NCBI GenBank assembly: GCA_021323375.2 | Contig: JAJPCT020000017.1 | Location: forward strand, 1 to 64,000 | Reading direction: 5' to 3' | DNA from: Candidatus Wolframiiraptor gerlachensis | GTDB taxonomy: Archaea; Thermoproteota; Nitrososphaeria_A; Caldarchaeales; Wolframiiraptoraceae | Length of the DNA stretch: 64,000 bases | Part shown: piece after piece, positions 37,602 through 47,391 of the stretch | Layout of the letters: every line of letters begins with the position of its first letter | How positions within the stretch are numbered: position 1 is the stretch's first letter | The notes under the pieces: model-generated | What the model saw: only the letters and a program-made list of their open reading frames with translations | Databases searched by the model: none | Told to the model about the DNA's origin: nothing | Made by a program: the position numbers and the translations under genes

Positions 37602-38831
37602 ATGCGATCAATTTCTGTCTCATTTTTAAAAATGGTGGGGTATAAGGTTCCTAGGAGACTTCATGGAATAGAGGCTGAGGCCGCCTTCTCGGTCCTAGCC
37701 GCGGCCAAGAAGGTCGAGGCCACGGGGAGGAAGGTCGCCCATCTAGAGATCGGCGACGCAGGCTATGATACCCCGGAGCATATCAAGGAGGCGGCGATAA
37801 GGGCTTTGAAAGAGGGAAAGACCCATTATACGCCGACGACCGGGATCCCTGAGCTGAGGCAAGCGATAGCTGAGAGCGTGAAAAGGGATTACGGCGTCGA
37901 GATAGACTGGGAGAAGAATGTGGTCGTGGCTAATGGATGCAAGCAAGCGATCCTCGCATCAATGCTCTCCATACTTGAGGAGAGTGATGAGGTCCTTTAC
38001 CCGAATCCCGGATACCCGGAGTATGAGGCTGCGGCCAGGTTCGCCGGGGCCAAGCCTATACCATACAGGCTCACGATAGAGGATGAGTTCAGGATTGACG
38101 TCAACAGGATCGCGGAGCTCATAACCCCTAGGACGAAGCTTGTCGTGATCAATACGCCGCATAATCCATGCGGTTCCATAATACAGAAGGATGATGTCAA
38201 GGCGCTCGTGGACCTCTCGGAGGATCATGGTTTCTACATACTCTCCGACGAGATCTATAGGCCATTCCTCTATAATGGCGAGGAACATCATTCACCGCTC
38301 TCGATCAAGAAATCCCTAGATAGGCTGATAATAGCGGATGGATTCTCCAAGAGATATGCGATGACGGGATGGAGGATCGGATACGCGCTCATACCGGAGG
38401 AGCTGATGACGACCGTGTTCAAGCTGCTGAACGTGATGACATCATGCCCGAGCTCTATATCCCAGTGGGCTGCCCTCGCAGCCCTCACAGGGCCCCAAGA
38501 GCCCGTATATGAGATGAAGAGGGGCTATGAGCGAAGGAGGGATATCGCGGTTAAGCTGCTCTCGGAGATTGAGGGGATAAGGTTCGCGAAGGCGAAGGGA
38601 GCATTCTATATAATGATAGATGTCAGCAAGCTCCTCAACAAGCTGAAAATGGACACGGAGAGGTTCGTGATGATGCTGATAGAGAAGTATGGCGTCGCCT
38701 TCCTACATGGAACCGCCCTAGGATCCTATGGCGATGGATATGTCAGGATGAGCTTCTCCATCTCGGAGGATCACATAATCAACGGGCTCGAGAAGTTTAA
38801 GTGGGCGGCCAGCGAGATACTCAGCTCCTAA
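37602..38831 (+). CDS. class I/II PLP aminotransferase
   Basis: NTPHNPCG, SDEIY, GFSKRYAMTGWRIG; start may be ATG 37632. Confidence 0.93.
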   Translation: MRSISVSFLKMVGYKVPRRLHGIEAEAAFSVLAAAKKVEATGRKVAHLEIGDAGYDTPEHIKEAAIRALKEGKTHYTPTTGIPELRQAIAESVKRDYGVEIDWEKNVVVANGCKQAILASMLSILEESDEVLYPNPGYPEYEAAARFAGAKPIPYRLTIEDEFRIDVNRIAELITPRTKLVVINTPHNPCGSIIQKDDVKALVDLSEDHGFYILSDEIYRPFLYNGEEHHSPLSIKKSLDRLIIADGFSKRYAMTGWRIGYALIPEELMTTVFKLLNVMTSCPSSISQWAALAALTGPQEPVYEMKRGYERRRDIAVKLLSEIEGIRFAKAKGAFYIMIDVSKLLNKLKMDTERFVMMLIEKYGVAFLHGTALGSYGDGYVRMSFSISEDHIINGLEKFKWAASEILSS

Positions 38832-39510
38832 CCCCCTCGAAGACTAAGAGCCTCCAACAAGGCCTCCAACATGAATCATATACATAATCCGCATCTGGAA
38901 GATTTGAGAGATAGTCTAGCAGCTTGATGAGCCTTTTTCCAAACGGATGCACTAGATAGTCGAGCACCCTAACCTTGAACCCGGAGTCTATCATCAGCCT
39001 ATAAGTCCTCCCTATTCCGACGAGTGAGATCACTGGGATTATTAGTCGGCCGCCGCTCTTCAGGTGGCTTGGCGCTCCTCGGATAACCTCGTCAAGGACT
39101 TCCCTGCCATTAGGTCCTCCCCATGTATAGCGTGGTAGGGGATTCCTTGAGGGCGTCATCGGCGGGTTCGAGATTATGAGGTCGAAGGCCTCACCTCTAA
39201 CCGGCTCATAAAGGGAGCCCAGCCTGAAATCCACGTTATCCACGGAGTTTAGCATCGCGTTTATCTTAGCTGCTTTAAGAGCTCTAGGTGAGATGTCCGT
39301 GGCGACGACCTCGCCGGCGCCGAGCTTTGATGCGAAGATTGCTAGGAAGCCCGAGCCAGTCCCGAGATCTAGCACCCTAGACCCCCTCTCCATATGCAGG
39401 TTCTTGGCGAGGCAGAGCGTCGCGGCCGACGGCATATACACTCTACGATCAATCATTATTCTTATTGTCTCGGAACCTATCCTGTATTTGATCACCCTTC
39501 TCCCGCTCAT
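38821..39510 (-). CDS. HemK/PrmC-like SAM methyltransferase
   Basis: LDLGTGSG, IISNPPM, GGPNGR. Confidence 0.85.
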   Translation of the reverse strand: MSGRRVIKYRIGSETIRIMIDRRVYMPSAATLCLAKNLHMERGSRVLDLGTGSGFLAIFASKLGAGEVVATDISPRALKAAKINAMLNSVDNVDFRLGSLYEPVRGEAFDLIISNPPMTPSRNPLPRYTWGGPNGREVLDEVIRGAPSHLKSGGRLIIPVISLVGIGRTYRLMIDSGFKVRVLDYLVHPFGKRLIKLLDYLSNLPDADYVYDSCWRPCWRLLVFEGVRS

Positions 39511-41111
39511 CTCCCAGCCAGCCGCATTATCTTCTCCCGGAACTCTGATGGATTTCGTGGAAGTATAAGGGGTGCTAGGACCCTCGCGTATTTCGGGTCC
39601 ATCGCCTCCTCGACGACCTTGATGTTCCCGACTTCTGCGTATCCCTCGATCACGCCGGAGAAGAAGAGGTCCTCCTGCTCGGGCTTCAGATATCTAGCCG
39701 AGTAGTAGAGTAGCTCGGCCAGATCCCATGCATACGAATCGTCATAGGAGCATTGCTCTAGGTCGACGATGTAGATCCTGCTATCGGCCGCAAAGATGAA
39801 GCTTGATGGATTGCAGTCTCCGAGGCATATGCCGTTCTCGTGGAGCCTGGCGAGGAGCGCACCGATCTCCCGGCCACGCGTTGCAAGAGCCTCATCGAGA
39901 GAACTCCTTAGAACTCTTGCTAGGTCAATTCCTTCAATGAATTTCTGGAACAATATTCTCCCAGACCAGTTCACGTGTAGTATCTCGGCGGTGTTGAAGC
40001 CGAGCTCCATAAGCTTGTTCACGAAGTATATCTCGTTGCCCATCCTGATGGAGGCGAGGAGGGAGAAGTTCTTTACACCGATGGCCCATAGCCAGGCTGC
40101 TACCCACTTGAAATCTGTCCAATTGAGATATTTCTTCGCGAAGATTCTCATCCGAGAGCCATCCGTCGGGAACTCGATTATGTAGGCAGAGTTAAGGGCG
40201 CTCGCCGCCCTCCTGATCCTGATCTTCTCGGGCTCAACACCATAGAATGTCTCGACGAAGTCCCTAAGACCTAGCTCCACGTAGAGGGGCTGGGGGCCTA
40301 ACCCCGTCTCCCTCTCAACATATCTCGATGGCTCCGGGAGCTTCACGGGCCTAAGGATCATCGGGTCGAGTGTAAGCCCCCTAAGAGGCTCTATAGGCGA
40401 TGATAGGCTTGCACTGAGATATAGCTTGAAGGAATGCTCCAGCTCTCTCGAGATCTTCAGGAATGCCGATGACTTGGACAATGTTGAGAGCACATATTCC
40501 TCGCTTGGCGAGTAGCGCTCACCCCTTCTCACTAGGATGCCTTGGGAGACGAGATCACCTAGGGCTCGCTCAAATCCGGGGAGGACAAGCTTAAGAGACC
40601 CGGACAAGTGATCATGAAAGCAGGATTTCACAAGCCTTCTAACCGGTAGATGGATTGCGGAGAGCTTCCTGAGCTTGTCAAAGAGGAAGTATTCCGCCCT
40701 TATCAGGAGATGGCTTGAGGCGAGCCGATAGTCGAGAATAAGGTTCTGAAGCGATTCCAAGATCACGTGCCTCTTATACTTCACCTCCGCAGCGTCTAAG
40801 GCCTGGTCTCCCAACGCGGTCTTATACGGGAAGAGTAGGAGCGATGCTATCGCCCCGCCAAGCCTCTCATCCGCGCAGTCCCCCTCAAGATTCTCCTCGC
40901 CAACCGTGATCACTAGATCTGCTTGAACACATTCCTTAATCCTCTGAAACCTCGGCGGGGCATCACCCTCCAAGACGACCAGGACGTGGTAGGGCTCATT
41001 CTCGTAACCGAGAGCTATTGCTCCATGAATGCTCACAGATTTCACGCTAGCGCTCTCGGCCCCAAGACAGCTTAACACCAGCTCAGCGACATCATTGAAT
41101 GATCCTTCCAA
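39507..41111 (-). CDS. atypical (Bud32/RIO/Kdo-like) kinase with N-terminal nucleotidyltransferase-like region
   Basis: FAKKY, LHENGICLGDCNP, IVDLEQ, WDLAELLYY. Confidence 0.7.
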   Translation of the reverse strand: MEGSFNDVAELVLSCLGAESASVKSVSIHGAIALGYENEPYHVLVVLEGDAPPRFQRIKECVQADLVITVGEENLEGDCADERLGGAIASLLLFPYKTALGDQALDAAEVKYKRHVILESLQNLILDYRLASSHLLIRAEYFLFDKLRKLSAIHLPVRRLVKSCFHDHLSGSLKLVLPGFERALGDLVSQGILVRRGERYSPSEEYVLSTLSKSSAFLKISRELEHSFKLYLSASLSSPIEPLRGLTLDPMILRPVKLPEPSRYVERETGLGPQPLYVELGLRDFVETFYGVEPEKIRIRRAASALNSAYIIEFPTDGSRMRIFAKKYLNWTDFKWVAAWLWAIGVKNFSLLASIRMGNEIYFVNKLMELGFNTAEILHVNWSGRILFQKFIEGIDLARVLRSSLDEALATRGREIGALLARLHENGICLGDCNPSSFIFAADSRIYIVDLEQCSYDDSYAWDLAELLYYSARYLKPEQEDLFFSGVIEGYAEVGNIKVVEEAMDPKYARVLAPLILPRNPSEFREKIMRLAGR

Positions 41112-41181
41112 CAGCTCTACTGCAAAAAGTATTCGCCTCTTACATTAATCCTCTTCGCGCAATCTTTATTTTCTCAGACTC

Positions 41182-42531
41182 GTGGATGATCTGCAGACCT
41201 TGGAGCCGGAGAAGATCTGTAAGCATATTGTCTCGGAGGCTCTTAAGCGCGGCGCGACCGATGCCGTCGTGGAGGTCTATGTCGGCCGAGAGCACATGAT
41301 AAAGTTCGCTAACAATATGATCGTATCGGCTGAGAGCCGCATCGTGAGCAGCATCAATATATTTGTAGCGATTGAGGGGAGGAGGGCGGCGACTTCGATC
41401 GATGGCCTCAACATACAAAGGGCGAGAGAAGCCTTAGAACATGCCATCCAGCTAGCGAGGCTCGCGCCACCCTCAGATACATATGCCCCGCTACCGAGGG
41501 GGCCATTCAAGTATGATGAGAGGCTCCTGAAGGGGTCTAAGATGCGTGTAGACCCAGATATGCTGGTTGACTCGGTTAATGCCGCGATAAACGCCGCCCT
41601 ATCCGCTGGGGCCGAGAGGGCTGCGGGAAGCCTCGTATATACGCGTGGGAGGACCTGGCTATTGACGAGCGGCGATGCTGGTGGAAGCTATGAGGACTCC
41701 ATGATAGAGCTCTCGATCCGGGCGCTTGCATCCGATAATGCTGCCGGCCACTTTGTCTCAATAGCGGCTAGGCGGGAGGACTTTAAGCCCGAGGAGGCTG
41801 GGAAGAGGGCGGGCGAGCTGGCGGCCATGGCCGTAAACCCCACAGAGGTGGAGCCCGGGACATATGAGGTGCTCCTAGGCCCTATGACCTTCGCGAATCT
41901 CGTCGAGGAGTTTGGAGAACATGACTCGGCATTCCACGTGGAGTCCGGCCTCTCATTCCTCGCTGATAAGATCGGCGAGAACGTTGCATCAGAGAAGTTC
42001 ACGCTAATCGATGACCCGACGATCCCGGGAACACCCGGCGCGAGGCCATTCGATGATGAAGGCCTGCCAACAAGGAGGAATGTTCTCATCGAGAGGGGCG
42101 TCCTCAAGACCTATCTCCATAACTCGGCAACAGCCAAGAAATTCAATACCGAGACCACGGCGAACGCGGGCCTGATAGTCCCACATCCCTTCAACCTCAT
42201 AGTTGAGGGCGGGAGCAGCAGCCTCGACAAATTGATCTCGAGCATAGATGATGGCATATTTGTCACGAATGATTGGTATCTCCGGTATCATAACTATCGG
42301 ACTGGTGACTTCTCCACAATCCCGAGAGACGCGATTCTGAGGATAAGGAAGGGTGGAATAGATGGGGCGGTGAAGGGCTTGAGGATAAGCGACAACATCG
42401 TGCGTGTCTTCAGGAATATCAGGGAGATGAGCGGGGAGCGCTATTGGATACTCTGGTGGGAGGTTGATACGCCGATTTATGCGCCCTATGCCGTGATAGA
42501 TAGGCTGAACTTCACGCGGCCCACATCCTAA
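41182..42531 (+). CDS. TldD/PmbA family protein (TldE-like)
   Basis: IKFANN, FDDEGLPT, TYLHN, TTANAG. Confidence 0.9.
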   Translation: MDDLQTLEPEKICKHIVSEALKRGATDAVVEVYVGREHMIKFANNMIVSAESRIVSSINIFVAIEGRRAATSIDGLNIQRAREALEHAIQLARLAPPSDTYAPLPRGPFKYDERLLKGSKMRVDPDMLVDSVNAAINAALSAGAERAAGSLVYTRGRTWLLTSGDAGGSYEDSMIELSIRALASDNAAGHFVSIAARREDFKPEEAGKRAGELAAMAVNPTEVEPGTYEVLLGPMTFANLVEEFGEHDSAFHVESGLSFLADKIGENVASEKFTLIDDPTIPGTPGARPFDDEGLPTRRNVLIERGVLKTYLHNSATAKKFNTETTANAGLIVPHPFNLIVEGGSSSLDKLISSIDDGIFVTNDWYLRYHNYRTGDFSTIPRDAILRIRKGGIDGAVKGLRISDNIVRVFRNIREMSGERYWILWWEVDTPIYAPYAVIDRLNFTRPTS

Positions 42532-42557
42532 GCCCGTATATTCCTCGGATGATGCTG

Positions 42558-43349
42558 TTAGAGGCTGAGATCCTCCACCTCTCTATACCACGGCTTGGAT
42601 GTCCCTATCTTGGCGCGCTTAACCCAGTTCTTTGTCTTCTCGGAGCTCTCTATGGCGAGCTTGAGCTTCTCGATATTCTGGAGTATCCTCGCATGCTGGT
42701 CAGCCGTTATCACGCCCTCATCCCTGAACCTGCTCGCAAAGCTCTCGATCTTCCTTAGGTTCTCCAGAGCATCATACCAGAATCCCCAGTCATCTGATAA
42801 TATGCGCCCGATGTATCCAGCATGTATCACCTCTCGCCCATCGGCGTTATCAACCTCATGCGTCATTAGGATCGCTATGACATCGATTATGTCCTTCTTG
42901 TTTATCTGGTGAATCTGGAGCTTCTCCAAGAGCAGGTCTGTTAGGCTTATGGTTGGGTAGTCTAGCTCGAGCCTGCCCTTCCCCGGCTCGCTCCCGAAGA
43001 GGACATCATGGCTGAACTCAAGCCTGTCGAAGAAGATGTCAACCTTCACGCCATCCCTGAAGAATATTAGCCTCTTGTGGCCAAATAGCGTGTTTATGGC
43101 CCTGTTCTCGTCGAAGCCGAGCTCCCTCATGAGACATATCAGCTGCTTCCTCTGCTTACTATATCCGATGACGTCAACATCCGTGAATACCGTCCCGCCA
43201 TCAACTCTGCCAATACTCCTGAAGAACATGACCGCTCTTTCGTTCTCAGTGCAGTGGAGATAGGCTGCCACCGCTCCGAGAATCCTGAGTATTATTCCCC
43301 TGCTTTGGGCCCGCTTCAGCCACCTCGAGCGCGGGGGTCCTCCCAGCAC
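42558..43349 (-). CDS. nucleotidyltransferase-fold hypothetical protein; 5' end appears frameshifted
   Basis: LRILGAVA..TDVDV, KVDIF, DLLLEKLQI; ALEVAEA lies in another frame at about 43312-43332. Confidence 0.65.
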   Translation of the reverse strand: MLGGPPRSRWLKRAQSRGIILRILGAVAAYLHCTENERAVMFFRSIGRVDGGTVFTDVDVIGYSKQRKQLICLMRELGFDENRAINTLFGHKRLIFFRDGVKVDIFFDRLEFSHDVLFGSEPGKGRLELDYPTISLTDLLLEKLQIHQINKKDIIDVIAILMTHEVDNADGREVIHAGYIGRILSDDWGFWYDALENLRKIESFASRFRDEGVITADQHARILQNIEKLKLAIESSEKTKNWVKRAKIGTSKPWYREVEDLSL

Positions 43350-43625
43350 TAGCTCTAAGGAGAACTCAGTCCAGCAGACACTCCAAGCCCTAGCAATTCA
43401 CCACACAGGACTTTTATTAATCTTATCCTAGTCCACCAAAGAATCTTAAGCTATTCGGCCCTTTTACGAAATATTCTTCGTTGGATGAGGGGTGATGTCC
43501 GGGCCCGTGAGGCGGAACCTAGGCCAGCCCCTCAACTTTTAAGTAGCCAGATTCTAGGGGTTTCCCCATCTCCATCTCCGGCTTTTCGCAGAGATTTATA
43601 TCCCCTAGAGATTAGCCTACTTATT

Positions 43626-44960
43626 ATGTCTAGGGTGCTTGAATATCTTGAGAGGGAGGAACGCGTAATTGGAAGGGTTATCGGCATAAGGTTTTACCCA
43701 ATCGTAGTGGAAAGGGCCTCGGGGTCTAGGGTCTTTGACGTGGATGGTAGGGAGTATATTGATTTCTCATCGCAATGGGCGGTAGTGAATCTTGGGCATA
43801 ATCACCCAGAAGTTATCGAGGCCGTAAGAAATCAGTTGGAGAAGCTGATATTCTCCTCTCACACGAGCTTCCCGAATACCGTCGCGATAGAGCTTGCTGA
43901 AAGGCTCGTGGAGTTGACGCCTGGGAATTTCGAGAAGAAGGTATGGTTCGGCTTAACGGGCTCTGATGCAAACGAGCTCACCTACAAGATCATGCCGATT
44001 TATTCCGGCAGGAGGAGGATGCTCGGATTCCAAGGATCTTATCATGGTCAGACGATGGGCGCATTAAGCTTGTCGGGGCATAAAGCGCTAACTAGGTTCA
44101 TCGGGTTCCCGAATGTCGTCAAAGCGCCCTACCCATATTGTTACAGGTGCCCGTTTAAACAGACTTATCCCGAGTGTGGATTACTATGCCTAGACTTCTT
44201 GGAGAACAATTCTATTGAGAATGCTCCCGCCGAGGATCTGGCCGCCGTGATTGTCGAGCCCGTGCAGAGTGATGGTGGAGTGATCGTCCCGCCCCCAGAA
44301 TTCATTCCAAGGCTCCATAGGATGTGTAGGGATAGGGGAATAAGCCTGATCGTAGATGAGGTTAAGGTTGGATTTGGAAGGACTGGCAGGTTCTTCGCCG
44401 TCGAGCACTTTAACGTGGCTCCGGATGTTATTTCGATAGCTAAACCTATGGCCTCAGGCTTCCCGCTCAGCGCCGTGGTTGGGAGGGCGGAGATAATGGA
44501 TGCGGCGCTAGCGGCCCACCTATTCACGAGCAGCGCTCACCCTGTTAGCTGCGCGGCATCGCTAGCCACGATAAACGTGATCCAGAGGAATGGACTTCTT
44601 GAGACGGCTTCTAGGATGGGCAACTACATCCTTGAGAGGCTTAGGGAGATCGCTGAGAAGCATCAATTGATAGGTGATGTCAGGGGGATGGGGATGATCC
44701 TCGGTGTTGAGCTTGTCAGGGATCATAGGGCGAAGACACCTGCCACGTTTGAGACTGCCTCCCTCGTTTATAGGGCCTATGAGCTCGGCCTCCTCCTAAC
44801 ATATGTAGGGACATATTCCAACGTGGTGGAGATTACGCCGCCACTAACAATTAGCATCGAGGAGGTAGATAGGGCGCTGGAGATCTTCGAGAAGGCGCTG
44901 GATGATGTGGAGAAGGATCGGGTGGATAAGGAGAGTGTTAGAAGGTTCGCTGGCTGGTAA
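43626..44960 (+). CDS. class III aminotransferase (GABA/polyamine type)
   Basis: DVDGREYIDF, EPVQSDGG, DEVKVGFGRTG, AKPMASG; start ATG 43626. Confidence 0.92.
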   Translation: MSRVLEYLEREERVIGRVIGIRFYPIVVERASGSRVFDVDGREYIDFSSQWAVVNLGHNHPEVIEAVRNQLEKLIFSSHTSFPNTVAIELAERLVELTPGNFEKKVWFGLTGSDANELTYKIMPIYSGRRRMLGFQGSYHGQTMGALSLSGHKALTRFIGFPNVVKAPYPYCYRCPFKQTYPECGLLCLDFLENNSIENAPAEDLAAVIVEPVQSDGGVIVPPPEFIPRLHRMCRDRGISLIVDEVKVGFGRTGRFFAVEHFNVAPDVISIAKPMASGFPLSAVVGRAEIMDAALAAHLFTSSAHPVSCAASLATINVIQRNGLLETASRMGNYILERLREIAEKHQLIGDVRGMGMILGVELVRDHRAKTPATFETASLVYRAYELGLLLTYVGTYSNVVEITPPLTISIEEVDRALEIFEKALDDVEKDRVDKESVRRFAGW

Positions 44961-45915
44961 ATGGGATAAATGGGCTTCCATTATCCCATATCTCGAGCCT
45001 GAATCCCCTATCCAGCAGCATCCCCCTAACCTTCTCCTCTAGGCTCGCGGGAACCACGATTATTACGCCCCCCTCCCTTCCATCACCTCTTAGAAGCGCC
45101 CTCCTCACATACTCAGCCGGCTGCAAGTGGGCACCATACATCCTATATGTCTCCCTGAGTATCAGGAAGCATCTATCATCGACCTCGATTAGACCGCCGC
45201 ATCCAATATAATGCCCAACGCTCTCCCTGAAAATCTCCTGGAACTCTTCTCCTAGGAGGAGCTTCTCCGAGAGCCTCGGGATCTTCTCCGAGTCGAGTAG
45301 ATGCCTCGTGTTCAAGTTTAGTATGAATTGAGCATCATACTCCCCCGATCTTCTAATTATGTCTAGGAGACCCATCATCCTGTCCTCTGTTAGGAACCCG
45401 CCCTCCGTCTTGCTAACTGTCTTCACGGGGATTGCTCTCAGCTCTGACATGCTTATCTCATGTATGGCGCGGATGACGCCCTCGGGACTCGCGCCGAGCT
45501 CATGCGGCTTCAGCGTCGTCGGGAGGTCATCAAACTTATACCAGATATCCCTATTCCTCCTCATAATCTCCTCCGCCTCATCCTTCGGCAGCCTCGCCAC
45601 CTCGAGCTTAAGCCTCTTCAACTTCTCCAGATCACGGGGATCAACATTCACCCTCGCTATGTATGCGACATAATCTTGGTCGACTATCTCGCCCCTATGA
45701 GACCTGTATCCTAGGCCTCTTAGGATATAGGCGGCGGCGAACGCCCCACAAAGGCTCTCCTTCTGATCAAGCTCGTTGAGATATTCCCTATGGATCTCGA
45801 GATAGCGTGGCGTTGGGTATACCCTTATCCTGTCTCCGATGCTCTGAAGTATCTTCTCAGCATCAACATCCTTCAGCGTGCTCAGGATCTTCCTTATCTT
45901 AGAATACTGGGACAT
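44938..45915 (-). CDS. papain/C39-like cysteine hydrolase candidate (DUF6885-like)
   Basis: QKESLCGAF, GHY, RETY; start overlaps the GS-like gene. Confidence 0.55.
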   Translation of the reverse strand: MSQYSKIRKILSTLKDVDAEKILQSIGDRIRVYPTPRYLEIHREYLNELDQKESLCGAFAAAYILRGLGYRSHRGEIVDQDYVAYIARVNVDPRDLEKLKRLKLEVARLPKDEAEEIMRRNRDIWYKFDDLPTTLKPHELGASPEGVIRAIHEISMSELRAIPVKTVSKTEGGFLTEDRMMGLLDIIRRSGEYDAQFILNLNTRHLLDSEKIPRLSEKLLLGEEFQEIFRESVGHYIGCGGLIEVDDRCFLILRETYRMYGAHLQPAEYVRRALLRGDGREGGVIIVVPASLEEKVRGMLLDRGFRLEIWDNGSPFIPFTSQRTF

Positions 45916-47266
45916 AGTTCCTAATCTCCCATGGGCTCACATATCTGTTATATGAGTCGCACTCAACCCTCTTAATCTTGATATATTCGTTTACGAGGTC
46001 TAGGCCAAGCTCCGTCTTAATGTAGCTGTCTTGATCGAGGTATGATAATGCCTCGTCAAGGCTTCTTGGGAGGAGCTCTATATTCCTTCTAACCCTCTCC
46101 TCCGGGGAGAGCTTGTAGGCGTCAACGTTCACTGGGTCTCCAGGGTCGATCTCTTCTCTAATGCCATGCACCCCCGCCGCGATCGTTGCCGCTAGGGCCA
46201 GATAGGGGTTTGCCGCGGGATCCGGTGTCCTAAACTCTATCCTGATATTGCTCTCCTCCTTGCCAGCCCTAGTCGTCGGCACCCGTATTGCCGCCGACCT
46301 GTTATTGTATCCATAGCATATGTTTGATGGCGCCCAAGAGCCTGGAATCAGCCTCTTGTAGGAGTTTACTGTTGGGGCCACGATCGCTGATAAGGCCTTC
46401 ATGTGATGCAGTATTCCGCCTATGAAGTGGTATGCTATCTTGGAGAGGCTTAGCCCTCTTACATCATTCTTGCCGTAGAATGCATTTCTCCCGGTCTTCT
46501 CGTCTAGGGCGCTTATGTGGAGGTGCATCCCGCTTCCCGCATGCCAGTCGAATGGCTTCGCCATGAATGTGGCTACTAGGCCATGTTTGGCCGCAACGCC
46601 CTTCGCCGCATCCCTCAAAACCACCACATCATCAGCAGCCCTCAGAGCTTCTCTATGCTTCATGACTATCTCCAGCTGCCCCGGGCCATACTCCTTGATG
46701 AACCTCGAGACGAATATCCCCGAAGCCTTGAGAGCATTAATTATCTCTAGGGCAATGTCTCCGAGAGTATCATATCCGACTGTTGAGAAGCATTTGGCCC
46801 AGTCCACGGGCTCGACTCTATCCAAGGCCACCTGCCTCAGAATGTAGAACTCTATCTCGGCGGCGCTCTGGAAGATCAGCCCAAGCTCCTCCCGATATCT
46901 TCTCAGGAGCCTTCTCAGGAGGCTGCGCGTGCAGAAGTCCCACTCAGTCCCATCCCTCATCATCATGTCGCAAATTACCCTACCCTGTCCCTGAGAGTAT
47001 GATATCGGGGAGAATGTCTCGAGATCCGGGACTAGGAAGATATCCTCCGACTCAGGGCCGAATCTCGGCTCGGCTAGGATTGTGTCTAGGGCTGTGAAGG
47101 ACTGCATCGCCATCGTCAATCCTATGCCGTGAACAAGCTGATCTTCGAGCTCATCAATGTATGATGCCTTCGCCCTCAAAACACCATCAAGCCCAACATA
47201 AATGAACCTGACAAGCTGGATGTTATTCCTCCTAGCGGCCTCAATTACCTCCTCCAGCTTACCCAT
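45899..47266 (-). CDS. glutamine synthetase family protein (gamma-glutamyl-amine ligase type)
   Basis: EIEFY, EYGPGQLE, GSGMHLH, NSYKRL, RIEFRTPD. Confidence 0.9.
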   Translation of the reverse strand: MGKLEEVIEAARRNNIQLVRFIYVGLDGVLRAKASYIDELEDQLVHGIGLTMAMQSFTALDTILAEPRFGPESEDIFLVPDLETFSPISYSQGQGRVICDMMMRDGTEWDFCTRSLLRRLLRRYREELGLIFQSAAEIEFYILRQVALDRVEPVDWAKCFSTVGYDTLGDIALEIINALKASGIFVSRFIKEYGPGQLEIVMKHREALRAADDVVVLRDAAKGVAAKHGLVATFMAKPFDWHAGSGMHLHISALDEKTGRNAFYGKNDVRGLSLSKIAYHFIGGILHHMKALSAIVAPTVNSYKRLIPGSWAPSNICYGYNNRSAAIRVPTTRAGKEESNIRIEFRTPDPAANPYLALAATIAAGVHGIREEIDPGDPVNVDAYKLSPEERVRRNIELLPRSLDEALSYLDQDSYIKTELGLDLVNEYIKIKRVECDSYNRYVSPWEIRNYVPVF

Positions 47267-47391
47267 AGTAATCCACCTTCTCCTAAGCGAGCTAATTAAC
47301 TTTTAAGGAGAACGACTCCTCGGTGAAGAATCTTTTGAGAACGCCGGGTTTTCGTAAAATTCTTATATATGGGTGGCGGCGGCTCAGAATC

